A stretch of DNA of 63,699 nucleotides, the filler included, from Basidiobolus ranarum (taxonomy: Eukaryota), in assembly GCA_040143965.1 (NCBI GenBank). It is 12 parts of 12 records of this genome, joined end to end, with 100 filler letters (N's around TTAATTAATTAA, not from the genome) between each part and the next. Parts side by side here need not be neighbours in the genome. Positions count along the whole stretch, not along the records: positions 1 to 5,234 come from JASJQH010001659.1; positions 5,335 to 10,564 come from JASJQH010001660.1; positions 10,665 to 15,889 come from JASJQH010001661.1; 9 more parts are not named here. One strand, 5' to 3'. The position numbers were made by a program, and so were the translations under genes. Under the pieces are notes generated by a model, which saw only the letters and a list, made by a program, of their open reading frames with translations, was not told the DNA's origin and ran no database searches. Of the stretch, positions 1 to 12,728 are shown piece by piece. How positions within the stretch are numbered: position 1 is the stretch's first letter; the number at the start of each line of letters is the position of its first letter.

Positions 1-1347
1 AGCAATGAGGGTGTAAACCGCCGCGCCACTACCCATCCAAATACCTGGACGCCAGGTATTGAGATCAACGCATCACAAGTGCTGCTGTGTGAGCAGTCCC
101 GGCATGAGTGGAAGGTGGGTCCTCCTTTGCTGCGGCTGCCCAGTATCGGCAAATCGATTTTAGCATATACCGGTGACGCTGAGCGCGGTCAACATTAGAA
201 ATTAGGACAACTGAGATATGCCAATCAAGAAAGTCCACGATTTCTGAGTCGTCACGCACAATACAGGGCAATTGGTATCCGAGAATCAACGAGGGCCCAA
301 ATCATACCCACCCAACATGCCTGAGATAGCGGTTTACTTTGAAACGAGTTTAGTATATTCGGAGCAGTCACAAGGACTCACGATCTAACACGTCATTGGC
401 CAAACCGACTTACCCTCTGAAGCTTATTAAAGTGCATCTAAATTGAAGTGAGCCAGAGAGGGTGAGACATACCGGCCAATATGGATTTGATAACGAAATA
501 GCCATGTATTTGCATGGACAGTACGGATCATGTCTCTTAATGTATCCTAATATAGTGATAGAAACCCAATCTAGAATGATGCAACCATATACGTATGGTT
601 GACAAGGCTCTGCTTCCGGGAATGGCGAGGCTAATGTGCTCATATTTTGCAATGCCGCTAGGTAAATACGAATTATACACGCTGTGCTCGTAGTCCAGCG
701 GTGTCCATATGAATGATGCATTGCTACGAAATGACAGAGGATCGGGCATCGGATAGATCTGTATAAGCTATCGCCTTTGACTTGGTGTCTTCGGAAAGGG
801 CTTAGCTTTGAGGTCCATTTATTGTTTGAATTATTCCGTATGGTATAAGGTCATGTAATTTATGGGAGGGTTAAGAATTATATATTCAGGGTATTCATTG
901 GAGGTGTGGTTTCGGAAATGGCTTAGAGCTAGTCGGGCGTAAGTCATTCATATACATCATTCTACGGTGCATGAGCCTTTCGTCTCGTATTCTACCAACA
1001 CTTACCTCGATTTGAAACACCATCTCATGATCTAAACTAATGCAATTCTCATCTCATCATGACTGGCTTTTTGCTGCAATTTGCCTCGGTGGCCCAAATC
1101 ATATCCGGAATTAGATACCCAATGTCGGAAACTAGTCTATTGGTCGAAACTCAAAAGATCTGATTTTCACGGAATTTGGTTAGTTGCTAAACATGAATCT
1201 TTGGTAGCTCCAAACTTTTTTTTACCAACTGAATAAGTTGCGATAATCTTGGCATATATGCGTACTCACCAACAATTACCCCTCTTGAGGGCTGGCTCAG
1301 TTTCTATTCACTCAACTGATTCACACTACAAAGAATACTAGTTACTA

Positions 1348-2469
1348 ATGCCGTTGATAATTATAAGTGGTATACCGTCTAGTGGTAAAACCACTCGTGC
1401 CTTAGAGATTAAAAAATTCTTGCAAGAGAAATGCGAACAAGAAAAAAAATCCTTTCGCATCCATTTGATCAATGATGAATCTTTGCATGTAAGTAAAGAA
1501 GCATATAGAGGTAAACATATTTCACTTCGACCTATTTGTAATATTCAATTGATTGAAACTAGAGTACACTTAATTAGCTGCTGTTGAAGAAAAGAAAGCC
1601 CGTGGAGCTCTCATGTCAGCCATTGAGCGTGTATTAACAAAAGACGATATTGTTATCGCCGATGCTATGAATTATATCAAAGGGTTTCGTTATCAACTAT
1701 ACTGCATAGCTAGATCTATGGGTACTCCACATTGTACAGTAGGTACTTCCTTATAAACTCATAGATTGCTCTGATTTCCACAACAACTTGTGGTTTTCTA
1801 ATCTTTATTTCAAGGTACACTGTGGAGTTCCTACGAATGAGGCCAAGAAGTGGAACTCTGAGCGTCCAGATGGGTATGAGGCTCAAATGTGAGTAATCAT
1901 TTTTTGTGCCACTTCTATAAATTCTAGTTTTTTAATTCTTCTTATGGTTAGCTTCGACGAACTTGTCACTAGATATGAAGAGCCAGAAGCTAGAAATAAA
2001 TGGGATTCTCCTTTATTTACGGTTCTATGGGACGATCCAACAGTTCCTGCTGAGGAAATTTGGAATGCACTTGTATTAAAGAAGGCACCTCCACCAAACC
2101 TCTCAACTGTGTCGGTAAGCTGAAAATCTGATACTCATAATCCAATCACCAGGAATTAACTTGCTCACTAACACATCAACATTTAACTAGAAACCCGCAA
2201 TAGAAACCAATTACCTCTACGAGCTTGACAAAGTAACCCAAGATATAGTGAATGCAGTTCTTGAAGAACAGAAAAGCAATTTAGGCTCTTACACAGTTAC
2301 TATACCAAACTCCACAATGAAGGTTAAATTGCCTGCGCGTTCGATTACTCTAGCTGAGTTACGACGTCTTCGTAGGCAGTTTGTTAATATTAACAAGATG
2401 CATACTATTTTAGATATCTCTAGAATTTCCGAATTATTTGTTCAATATCTGAATACCAATTTTTCTTAA
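1348..2469 (+). CDS. KTI12: KTI12, Elongator-associated P-loop protein. Exons 1348-1510, 1578-1738, 1815-1888, 1952-2114, 2191-2469
   Basis: MPLIIISGIPSSGKTT P-loop start. The spliced product contains DAMNYIKGFRYQLYC, RYEEPEARNKWDSPLF and NYLYELDKVTQDIV, all typical of Kti12. Four canonical GT-AG introns keep the frame. Confidence 0.95.
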
Positions 2470-3699
2470 TCATTGGAACATAAAGCAAATTGTTAACCGT
2501 TCATTTCTACCGATCACTATCACAACATTAGTTTGCTAATATCAATTCTGATCTGACATATACCATGCTGTTTGTCATAGTAAATGCTAGCAACAACAGC
2601 AGACTTGAGAACTGGGCAGGTATTTTCTATATATATTGCGATGGCATCCTCAAGCTTATCAAAAATACAGAACACTAGAAATTGACCGATGATCCCAAGG
2701 ATAACTAATGTGTTGGGATGAGAAGGGGTCAATGGAGCTTGAATATAGTATAGGAACTTGATCGTCTTCGGTTGCTGATGCGTACCAGCCACTAAGTTTA
2801 CCTTCCACTTCTAGTCTAGGGATACTTTGTTTTTGCAGTACATGTGGTCTGGTAACTTCCAATCTAGGTGTCTTGCTGATAGGAGCTTACGTACGGTAAG
2901 CTTAAGTGGGCCATGATTCTATCGATCGCTTGGTATCTGCAATGAGTGATGGCATCTAAGCTGTCAAGAACACTGGGCTAGTTTGTTATCTACAGAATCG
3001 CTATAGATTTGATTTCCATACTATGCTCTACTCAACGATCTTTGTCAGATAGTATTCTGATATGATTGGATGGACTTCATCTAGTAGCTCTTATGATAGA
3101 TCCCCAAAAACCATGTATTACTAGTATGCTAGTGCACCAACAACAGTCAACTAGATAGAGGATTTCCCCACCCTGTCGAATCTCTTCTCACATTGTATAT
3201 CTACGCCCCTAGATGTATTACTGATACTTGTATGGAACATATCCCCGACTTTGGATCAATAATCTGGCAGTCGTAGGCTGGATAGATGCCATATCACTGC
3301 TATTATTCATGGTGCTATTAAGCATCGCCTGCCCAGTATTGTGTATTAAGTGAAAGCGAGTCCGACAACCGAGATGATTAGCTATTCAACCGTAAAATTG
3401 AATGACACACTTTACGTTTCTTCCTTTGCCTCATTCGAAAGATAAAGAGTTACCAATTGCAGACAGCATTGATCCCAACCCAACTAAGTATTTGCATGTT
3501 TAAATAACTTTATAAAATATTGACAGCGAGTCCTGGATATGGACGGGTATATAGAGGTCACAGATTCATAGATAAGCAAGTGGATGTCTTTGTGATACAG
3601 AAGGCATGTTACAAGTAATGAGGTGGTGTTATTTGAGTGTATCTTGTTATAACTAACATTGCAATGAAGGTAGCATGAGTATGATACAATACTCTTCCA

Positions 3700-4374
3700 T
3701 TAAGGTTGAGGCAGTGGTTGATCTCCGTTTCCGAAAGATTTAGGGTCGAGACAGGCTGCACCTTTATTCAGCGTCAACACAATACAATCTCTTGGATTTT
3801 CAATAGGTCGATTGACGAACATCATCCCATTCCAAACCATCTCAGATCCCTCTGGTCGAGCCCGACCTGACTCTCGAGAATCTATGTCAGCGTCTGATAG
3901 CTGCTGCTCTCTAACTTGCTCAGATCTGGGATCACTATCTGGCTGATTGGGTCGTCTACGAGATGTTTCCTGCGGATTTCTTACTCCGGCTGCTCGCATG
4001 CGGTCTACTCTTCTATTTCTGCTAAAATCCAAAGATGATTCGCGGCTTGGTCGCCCATTTCTACCTTTCTGAGTAAAGGAGACACGATCATGTCTAAATA
4101 GAAACTCGTCATCATCCTCGTCCTCGTCCGCTACTGGGCGACGTCGAGGCTCTCTCCTTGCGTCTTCCTCTTCTTCTTCCTCGTCGTCTACATTGTTGAG
4201 TGACCCACGTCTTCTAAAAAATTCATCATCATTAAAATTGGCGGCATTGATACGAGCATTTGAGCCTTCTACATCATCTACTTCCGGTGTGAAGTCTTCA
4301 TCAAATGACTGTGCTACCACATACAAAGAAAGATAAGAAAAAATAAATAATAATAGGTATCTAAATTGGAACAT
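3700..4374 (-). CDS. Putative secreted protein (224 aa): signal peptide, charged low-complexity middle, conserved C-terminal two-Cys motif
   Basis: ATG at 4374 begins MFQFRYLLLFIFSYLSLYVVAQS, a signal-peptide-like stretch. Intronless ORF rich in D/E/R. The C-terminus WNGMMFVNRPIENPRDCIVLTLNKGAACLDPKSFG is shared with the neighbouring ORF. Confidence 0.8.
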   Translation of the reverse strand: MFQFRYLLLFIFSYLSLYVVAQSFDEDFTPEVDDVEGSNARINAANFNDDEFFRRRGSLNNVDDEEEEEEDARREPRRRPVADEDEDDDEFLFRHDRVSFTQKGRNGRPSRESSLDFSRNRRVDRMRAAGVRNPQETSRRRPNQPDSDPRSEQVREQQLSDADIDSRESGRARPEGSEMVWNGMMFVNRPIENPRDCIVLTLNKGAACLDPKSFGNGDQPLPQP

Positions 4375-4892
4375 TAGGTTTTTAATGGAAAAGGAAGAAT
4401 ATAGGAAAGAATGACAGAAAGGTGTTTGCTTCAAAGTATAAACTAGCCCTCCCCCCAAGCTTCTCACTTTTATATGTTTTCGACAATTCCACCATCCTTG
4501 CTAGGACCACGTGTACTTACAAAGCAATCCCCACTATGCCTCACTCAAATACAAACACATCTTGCATTAATCCCACGCTAGGATTGTGCTCTTGTGCATG
4601 AAGGCAAATTGATAATTTGAAGTGAGCTTGATCGTCTAAGCGGCTAGAGTTAGTTGGCATAGCATTCACAATTCTAGCTCTCATCATATGCCACACGAAT
4701 CAGCCTTTTCAAAACATTTTAGTGCCAAAGGCTCTTTCACTTGGCTTACTGTATCATCATTGTCAAGTAATATAGCTATACAAGATTGTGTTGAAAGTTG
4801 TTGATTTAAATCATTTATTTTATTTAGGAATCCCAAAGTAGAGATATATTTTTAGAGGGGATACAATATAGCTTTTCTACGTAGTAGGAGGG

Positions 4893-5234
4893 TTATGTAG
4901 CAATGGGTGATGGGTTAAAGTTAGGGCCAAATGACTTTGGATCTAGACATGCTGGGCCTTTCCCTAAACTCAAGACGATACACCTTTGAGGATTCTCAAT
5001 GGGTTTATTCACAAACGGCATTTTTGCCCAGGATAGAGTGGACTGAGTAAGCTCGTCTGCTGCTAAAACTGACTCTGTGGGTACCGCCTCAGTAGAAGCG
5101 ATTGAAGTAGTTTCCGTATCATTAACCATTGTGTTATTTTCAGGTGTACTGTCAGGTTGCGGTGAAGTAGTTGTTTCTTGAACTGTTTGATCATCACCTG
5201 ACTGTGATAGATCCTCGTTACCATTAAGATTAGA
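4893..5234 (-). CDS. Tandem paralogue of 3700-4374, 5'-truncated by the contig end; Ser/Thr/Glu-rich stalk plus the same C-terminal motif
   Basis: Frame is open from the contig edge to the stop at 4893 and ends WAKMPFVNKPIENPQRCIVLSLGKGPACLDPKSFGPNFNPSPIAT. Confidence 0.8.
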   Translation of the reverse strand, partial: SNLNGNEDLSQSGDDQTVQETTTSPQPDSTPENNTMVNDTETTSIASTEAVPTESVLAADELTQSTLSWAKMPFVNKPIENPQRCIVLSLGKGPACLDPKSFGPNFNPSPIAT

Positions 5235-5334
5235 NNNNNNNNNNNNNNNNNNNNNNNNNNNNNNNNNNNNNNNNNNNNTTAATTAATTAANNNNNNNNNN
5301 NNNNNNNNNNNNNNNNNNNNNNNNNNNNNNNNNN
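5235..5334. other. Artificial contig linker (N44-TTAATTAATTAA-N44). Identical linkers at 10565-10664, 15890-15989, 21210-21309, 26528-26627, 31843-31942, 37156-37255, 42469-42568, 47781-47880, 53090-53189, 58397-58496
   Basis: Eleven identical 100-bp spacers with stops in all six frames. The intervening segments shrink steadily from 5234 to about 5203 bp, as expected for size-sorted concatenated contigs. Confidence 0.99.
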
Positions 5335-5444
5335 CTAAGTGATATTTGACTAAATAATGTTGACTAACTAATATGTGATATATGAAATAGTTAGGTGTAT
5401 AAAGATAGGGATAACATATATGATAAAGACAATAAACTTCAACA
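5335..5444 (-). mobile_element. Copia LTR fragment (family B), nested in a family-A LTR
   Basis: The reverse complement matches the LTR that starts at 61497 after a copia RNase H and PPT. It ends in TTCAACA and directly abuts family-A LTR sequence. Confidence 0.75.
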
Positions 5445-5724
5445 GTTGTAAGCAGACAACTATGTAGAGTATGTTAGGGAAGGTCCCAGGTACATGTGTG
5501 CAAAGCTTGGGGCTTCTAGCACAAGCTTAAAAAACCTATCTATCTGAGAACTTCTAAGTTGGTAAAAATATTCCAAGTAAATTCCTCTTGAGAATAGTGG
5601 GATGATATCTTAGTTAAATATAGGATAACTAAAAATAATGGGTGATATCTTAGTTCAATAAAGGATAACAAAATACTAAGCTATATATGACTATATAGGT
5701 GTTTAGGCAATGCTTATTTCAACA
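5445..5724 (-). mobile_element. Copia LTR family A, partial
   Basis: Shares GGTCCCAGG...TTGGGGCTTCTAGCACAAG...GACTATATAGGTGTTTAGGCAATGC..TTTCAACA with the PBS-linked LTR at 37546-37887. Confidence 0.85.
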
Positions 5725-8130
5725 ATCTTGACAGGTAATTCCAGAGCATATCATCCTTACACATCCAACTGGCACATATAATAAAAGTTTGTTACCCTCA
5801 CTCATTGAATATCACTTAGTGAAAAATTGATATATATTTTTATAGTGCCAGATTGTGCTGTATATACGATATCAGATAAGTATTCTAAGAGCTATGCAGC
5901 ACAATTTAGCACTCTCCAGCATGAGTAATTTCAATCATTAGTACTTAATTGTATTGAGCTAAGGTTCAATAACCCCTGGCCCGATGGAACAAGTCAAAAA
6001 TATACATGAATTAACCAAGAATGAGTAGTTAAACTTGAAATTTTACAGTTGCTCAAATTAACCCTAAAACTAGCCTACTTCACTAACATAGACATTCTTG
6101 ATATCTCTTCTTGAGTTGAATTTAGTAATAACTTGACGTACATAAGCATTGTATCCGAGTAGACTGACATTTCATAATAAGCACTAGGTTTGTACCAGTA
6201 ATGATCGTTGTCACTTGGCTAAAGCAAGTGCATGTCTTTAAATTGCTTGTTTGGCTTAGCAAGTTGGAGGGTGCTTATCACTCTCTACTCGTACACAACA
6301 AACGGCGTAAGATAGCTAGCAATAGTGTTTATTAATTATAGTCAGGTATTAGTGAACAGAGAATAATATTTCTGCTAGTGAGCGATTATGGGTTTTTAGT
6401 ATCATTGGCCTTGTTCGGTGAAAAACCAGCCCATTATATAACTCTTATTTTGAACTAACTAATACTGCACGCAATGAGTAGCACCACGCATAAATAATGA
6501 TAACCGGCTTTTGGACTATTAAGAACGAACGAATTCATTACCTTAGTATACATATGATATGATTAGAAAACTCCAAGATTCATTTATACAATTTCGGAAC
6601 TCAAATCAGATGTCAAAGCAAATACAGCATAAATAAATTGGAATGCATGCTATTGTTGACCTCCCAGTCAAGTCTAGACTGTGTTAGGTGGGTAAAAGGT
6701 GTTTACACTGAGAACACTCAAGGTTCTACCAACTTGAGTGCTTATCACTACTCTCAGCAATCGAAGGTATGCTTCAGTCAGTGGCTGTTATATGTACACA
6801 ATCAGCGTTCACTAATTCTCCGAAAAGGAACGAATTGCTGGCTTCGGGTTCATGCGAATCGATGCACGTTCCCATTACATTCGCATTTATTTGATTTACC
6901 ACCAGCTTAGTATTCACTCACCATCACAATCACAAAGGAATACACGAAATGCGCCTGTGATATCGTAGCTCTGCCACGAGTTTAATGAAGTGTGAAGCAG
7001 TGGCTTATATCCCAGTGTCCCATCTGTATGGTTTTAGAAAGTAGCATTTATGGCCATTTGGATTCCTTCTCAAAGCCTTTCGCGATTAGTTATAAAACAT
7101 AGACAATTAGTCATGGTGATTGGATGGTACAAGATTAAACTAGTGTAACCTTGGGATGCCACAACCACTGTGATTGTTTCAGAAGTGATTGCACCCCATT
7201 ACAAATTCTTGAAGCTAGACTGGGCCTGCAATCGAGAGCTGATTGGATTGCGTACCACTGTATGCATGATAGAGAGACGATAGAACTCAGATCCGAGATA
7301 CTTGATTCATTATCATGGATGGCGAACCCAAACCATTGGCAAAACATGCATTCAGAGCCTATTATTGGGGAAAGAGCTAACACAGACTGGCTGTTGCATA
7401 GGTGTGAATATTCTCATGTATAGTGATGGCTTGAGCAAGATAAATCCAGTATTCAACCGAACGGGTGTATCTGACTCCTTCATTCTTTGCACAAGCTACG
7501 TATTTATCCGTTAGCACGAATGGTGAAGCGCAAGTTGGCACGAATCTGATGACCCTTCTAAGCGGTAGACTGCACACGCTTGTTGAAGTCAAGTGGGGCA
7601 TGATACATAGACAGTTACACCTCGGATATCAGTTTATCAAGGCAATGCGCTTGCGCTGTATATCTCCAACAAAAACTGATTCCTGGGCAAAATGCCCCAA
7701 ACGCTACAGATTTAGATTAGCTCGTCTTTATCCTTTCCCACACCACTTTACTATCAGTAGCAGCTCGGCTGAATAGATCCTTGCGTTATATATTCTTACG
7801 ATCACCCCAACTGCATACTCTCAAAAACCTCTCTGGGCGATCAAAATCTGCGGGATGGGTCAGATCGCGTCTGGAATCGCAATGATCGGTTTGCTGAAAG
7901 ATTGCATCTACAAAGCAGGTTTGATCGCGATAACCAAGATATTAAGAAGTACTCTATTCAATACCATTTAACAATCCATCTTTTAAGACACACTAAGTTT
8001 AGACTCTAACCAGTACCTATGAGAGATTTTTCAAGATTCTGTCTTTTGCTGTGAAACAGGCTTGGAGCCAATGCATCACCTGAGAGGATCTTTAACTACC
8101 TCCAATGCATCCATATGGGCCATCGTATGC

Positions 8131-8142
8131 GTATAAATATAA
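8131..8142 (+). promoter_or_regulatory. Putative TATA box of the C2H2 gene
   Basis: GTATAAATATAA about 100 bp upstream of the ATG at 8237. Confidence 0.45.
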
Positions 8143-8236
8143 GTAACGTCGTATGTTACAGAGTATTTCTTACTCAGTTTTCACGTTTACTCAATCCTCT
8201 ACATTTTGCGATATCTTGCGATCTCTACTGGTTAGT

Positions 8237-9139
8237 ATGAATATATCAACCGTTGATCCATACTTTCCTGGAGATGAATTGACTTTCTCATCATTTTGGT
8301 TTTCCGATGACCCCTATTCAATGTCTACTGTTCATCCTTCCTGTTTGGAGGGCCCAAAGGTTTCCCAGCATGGATTCCAAGTCTTTCCTACTATAGGGGT
8401 GACTACTCCACCCCTTTCATTAGACAACACAAAAGTGATAAACTCTTTTCATAACGATATCAGGCTCGATCTGGAACATGTACCTTGGGAGGCGTCAAGT
8501 TACACTATCCTACCCGAGCAATGCTTTGGATCTCTGGCGGAGTACTCTAATCTATCACCTGTTATTCAAGAGGGACATAATCATGGAATATATCCAGATA
8601 CGAATCACCAAATTGATCTTTCCCTTTTGTGCGTACATAATAGAGCACTCTCATCCAGCCTTCATCTTGGCGAAATCGAACAATCTGAAGATGTGCCTAG
8701 TGTAGATCCTTTTCAGTTTGTAAGCTATAATCCACCGATGCCTCCTTTAGATGAAGCACAGAGCCATATAAGGCGAGAGGATTTCAATTGTACAAGCCAT
8801 CCTGATAACAGAAATATCAAAGATATTGCATATAAATGCCCGTTTCCACAATGCTCAAAAACCTTCACTCGACGTCAAAGTTGGCAGCTACATCAGGTGT
8901 GTCATTCAGATGAAAAGCCCTATTCTTGTAAATATTGTGAAAAGCACTTCGCACGAAAGCATGATATGAAACGACATACAAGAAAACATACAGGGGAGCA
9001 ACCATACCAATGTACCTTCTGCAAAAAAGGATTTGCCAGACCTGATGCACGTAAAAGACATTATCAATACGAGAATGAGTGCTTGGAAGCCTTGAATGCT
9101 GTGCAAGCTAATAAGAAACAGAGGATAATTACTTCGTAA
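8237..9139 (+). CDS. C2H2 zinc-finger transcription factor (three fingers, the third ending H-x6-C); alternative start at 8153
   Basis: Intronless ORF containing CPFPQC..HQVCH, SDEKPY, CKYC..HTRKH, TGEQPY and CTFC..HYQYENEC. Confidence 0.9.
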   Translation: MNISTVDPYFPGDELTFSSFWFSDDPYSMSTVHPSCLEGPKVSQHGFQVFPTIGVTTPPLSLDNTKVINSFHNDIRLDLEHVPWEASSYTILPEQCFGSLAEYSNLSPVIQEGHNHGIYPDTNHQIDLSLLCVHNRALSSSLHLGEIEQSEDVPSVDPFQFVSYNPPMPPLDEAQSHIRREDFNCTSHPDNRNIKDIAYKCPFPQCSKTFTRRQSWQLHQVCHSDEKPYSCKYCEKHFARKHDMKRHTRKHTGEQPYQCTFCKKGFARPDARKRHYQYENECLEALNAVQANKKQRIITS

Positions 9140-10426
9140 ATGGGGTATCTAGTATCCTTATGCAATGCGGGGATAAGATTATCATATGAACCCATTCAAC
9201 ATGTTGTATGACATCTTGTGTTCCTTGGAGAAGGCTATGTACATTGGCTTGAATATTTTGTTTACTATCTAAGGATGAAAAGCCCCATCCGATTTGTATT
9301 GATTACTGAATATAGACCATCTTATTTTTACTTATATTGACACCACATGCAATGCCACTGTCGAAACTCTAATCCCATAATTATTCATGTATTTCATTAT
9401 TGGTAAGTAATTTTCATTGAATCCCACAAGTCCATATTATGGTGATTCATTTATAATATATATATTTAACCCAACGTGACTATTTGGATCAAGTATCCAT
9501 ACTTTCAGACAGAAGACGATTGGGAGAACTCTAGCGAGCCTCCGGATCAGGAACGGCCTTGTTGTGTGGGAAGCATAAGAAGCCAAATTTTTTTAATCTT
9601 CAAGATATTATCTGTATGTTCTGGGCGGGAAAGGTCACTACTTTTAGTAGCAGATGGTATTTTGAATTATGAAATGGAGTATTTCATTCTACATTCTACG
9701 TTTTATAACATTATTAGAGTGTTCGTTGGATTTTCCTTGAGTTTTTCTCAGTCTAGCTCTAAATAGGCTTGGAGTGGATAACACAGATGACCAGTCAAAT
9801 ATCAATACTTCACTAGTTTCTGTTATAATCCACTTCAGTATTATGGTCTTAAGTTTATGAGTAACAGTATAAAACTAATGAACGAAGCACTTCCTTCGGT
9901 ATTTCCAAGTTGTTTTAGATATCGAAGTAAGTATAATTCGGACTGTATTTAAACTTTAAAGTTTCAAAGTACAATATTTTTTGGGAGGATATTTTTATTT
10001 TGCAGACGAAATAAACTTTTTACTATATACACTTCAGGAGTACTGCTCTCTCCATTGTTCTAAAGCGTGATAAGATTGATAATCCTAGACCTGCTTTCGT
10101 CATTTAACGCAACTATAATTTAAATGATAGATCTACCCAATAGTGCAAGCCAATGATTTTCCTAAATGATATCTATGTTTGATTGAAATATATCAGCATA
10201 GCATGGTTAATATGTAATTTTCATTTCTTTTTTTAATATTGAATGATAAAAAAAGCTTTGTAAATGAATGTGGATGGATACGCAGTCTTTATTTTAATAA
10301 CATGCCAAAAATAATCAAGAAACCTCTTTTTAATATTATACAATGGTGAAAAAAATTCTTCATAGCTGAAAGAATGACTAGCGCAATGGAAAAGATGTGT
10401 ACATCACTGTTATACATAACATATGT

Positions 10427-10564
10427 TTAAGAGCTATTAAGAGTAGCTGAAGCTTCAGCTTGCTTCACCAAATTCTCAGGTGCATCCAACCAATCCATCA
10501 TCACCTCGACTAAATTGATCTTATCTTCATGCGACTCTACTTTCTTCAATATCTCCTCAAGTTC
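10427..10564 (-). CDS. PDC: Pyruvate decarboxylase, C-terminal 45 aa (truncated by the contig end)
   Basis: Translates to ELEEILKKVESHEDKINLVEVMMDWLDAPENLVKQAEASATLNSS*, matching the fungal PDC C-terminal pattern (IEVM..xDAPxNLVxQA...N). Confidence 0.75.
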   Translation of the reverse strand, partial: ELEEILKKVESHEDKINLVEVMMDWLDAPENLVKQAEASATLNSS

Positions 10565-10664
10565 NNNNNNNNNNNNNNNNNNNNNNNNNNNNNNNNNNNN
10601 NNNNNNNNTTAATTAATTAANNNNNNNNNNNNNNNNNNNNNNNNNNNNNNNNNNNNNNNNNNNN

Positions 10665-10955
10665 TTTTCACTTATTGATTTATTGAGTAGAAAGTTGACA
10701 TTTATAGTTTTGTCAAGATGTAAACAAACTAACATGTAGAATATGTTAAGGAAGGTCCCAGGAAAATGTGTGCAACGTTTGGGGCTTCTAGCACAAGTTT
10801 GAAAAATATATATATCTGAGAACTTCCAAGTTGGTAAAAATATTCTAAGTAAATTCCAATTGGGAATAATTGATAATATCTTAGTGAGTTATAAGATAAC
10901 TAATTTCTAAGTTATATATGACTATATAGGTGTTTAGGCAATGCTAATTTCAACA
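10665..10955 (-). mobile_element. Copia LTR family A, truncated by the contig start
   Basis: High similarity to 37546-37887; ends GCTAATTTCAACA. Confidence 0.9.
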
Positions 10956-11292
10956 GAAAGCTAATATTTATTGGTTTTCTTGGATAATCAACCATAATTC
11001 ATCATCTTTGAAAACTTTAGTTATGGTATATATAGCAGAAACAGAAAGTAGTGTATATAAGGCATGTATATTCTAATTAGGAATATCTCTATATTTATAT
11101 AACTATCATGTCCTATTACCCCTACTGATCTATTATATCCTGTTACAAAAACTCCTGAATATCTCCAACAATTGAGATACTTCGCTGTTATGGAGGTCAC
11201 CATATTCTCTTAAGAATGAAGTAACTCAAGCACTATGATATGTTGCCTCTAATACACAAAGTCTACCCCCCTTATATTAAGATCCTCCAACA

Positions 11293-11522
11293 GTTTTGTC
11301 ATGAGGTAAGTAAACAGGTATTTATAATGTGCTAACGAAGGACCCAGGAACATGTGTGCTGAGTTTGGGGCTTCTAGCAAAAGTTTGAAAAACCTATGCT
11401 ACAGAGGGCTTTAAAAGTTAGTAAGAATATTCTAAGTAAATTCCACTTTAGAGAAGTGAGTGATATCATAATGAAAGATAAAATAACAAATTAATAATCT
11501 ATATGTTACTACATAGGTATGT
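11293..11522 (-). mobile_element. Degenerate copia LTR family A fragment
   Basis: Retains GACCCAGGAACATGTGTG..TTTGGGGCTTCTAGC..AAGTTTGAAAAA and TAAGTAAATTCC. Confidence 0.75.
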
Positions 11523-12446
11523 AATTGAGTTGTTTACAATTAAAAATGAGCTTGAATTAGTTACAACATTGCTGAAAACCAAGACCAATTCATCATTACA
11601 TTGATGATATAATGATAGCAACTGTATTGGGAGTGTGTATGTTCTTTAAAGAATACATATGGCATATTTAGTGACCGGTTAGGTGCACAAAGATGATAAA
11701 AGCTCAGCATTAGTGAGGGATTTGTAGTCATATCTGTTAAGAAAGATAGTCTCGGTAGATGCAGATAGATTGAGCACTTACTGATTTCAACATGAACATT
11801 TGACATGCAGGAATAGATTCGACAAAAAAGCCACGACATTAATATACTACATATGCAGGCCATAAGGATTGCGCTTACCTCGCTCTATCTATAATTTCAA
11901 TATAATCTATCTATCACTCGGTTAAAATATGGGTTTTAGCGATGGATTCCTAGCTATACTTATTTTGTCCCTAAATAATTTCAAAATATAGCTAAATTTT
12001 TGCAACGGAAAATGATATGTAATTCCAAGGAGCAGCCTAGAATACCATGTGTTGAACGAATCTCTGCATAGGTTAGCATACATCTTGGATAAACAAGTTA
12101 TGATGCCGCGATGTATTCGGAATATTGCAGTTGCAGGTGCAGTTGCAGGTGCATTTGCAGATATGCGAATACTCCTCGAATTTGAAGACAATCGTAGATT
12201 AAAGCCTCGGTAATTTTGGAAAGTACTATCGGCTTTAGTGGCAATCGTAGATTAAAATATTATTGGAGTTTGGGAAATTTTGTATTACTCAAGGGTTACA
12301 TCAAAAGTATTAGAGGTCGCAGGTAGTACGAGATTCAGTTTTAGACAAAGGCTTCTATACGTTGTGAGGATATGAGCTTAGGATATGAGCTTAATTGAAG
12401 CTCATTGACTGGTTAGAATCAGACAGCTATTCTTACTTAGGATCAT

Positions 12447-12510
12447 ATCCTGGCAATGTCCACAACACACTTTCTGATCCTGGCGATGTCCATAACACAC
12501 TTTCCTCTAC
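12447..12510. repeat. 30-bp imperfect tandem duplication upstream of the kinase gene
   Basis: ATCCTGGCAATGTCCACAACACACTTTCTG followed by ATCCTGGCGATGTCCATAACACACTTTCCT. Confidence 0.8.
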
Positions 12511-12728
12511 TTTCCCTTCCATAACACTCTTTTCCTTCAATACGTACTTTCTTTATATTTTGGGTCGAGTTGCATTCCATTCTCTTGAATAGACTTACTG
12601 CTGTTTTCAATCCTTCACTGAGCTATTTATTTTACCGTATATTCTTGTTCTATTTTCAGTATATACTTGCTCTCCTTCAATAAACCCTTCCCCGTTCGTT
12701 TCAGACAAAAGTCCTTCCTGCCACCATC

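Noticed and set aside
40-60. Perfect 9-bp hairpin AATACCTGG-ACG-CCAGGTATT
   Set aside because: Single occurrence with no U-tract or associated gene; no function can be supported.
4375-4467. Upstream GTG extension of the 255-aa ORF in the track
   Set aside because: The ATG at 4374 gives a clean signal peptide; the extension is likely 5' UTR or promoter.
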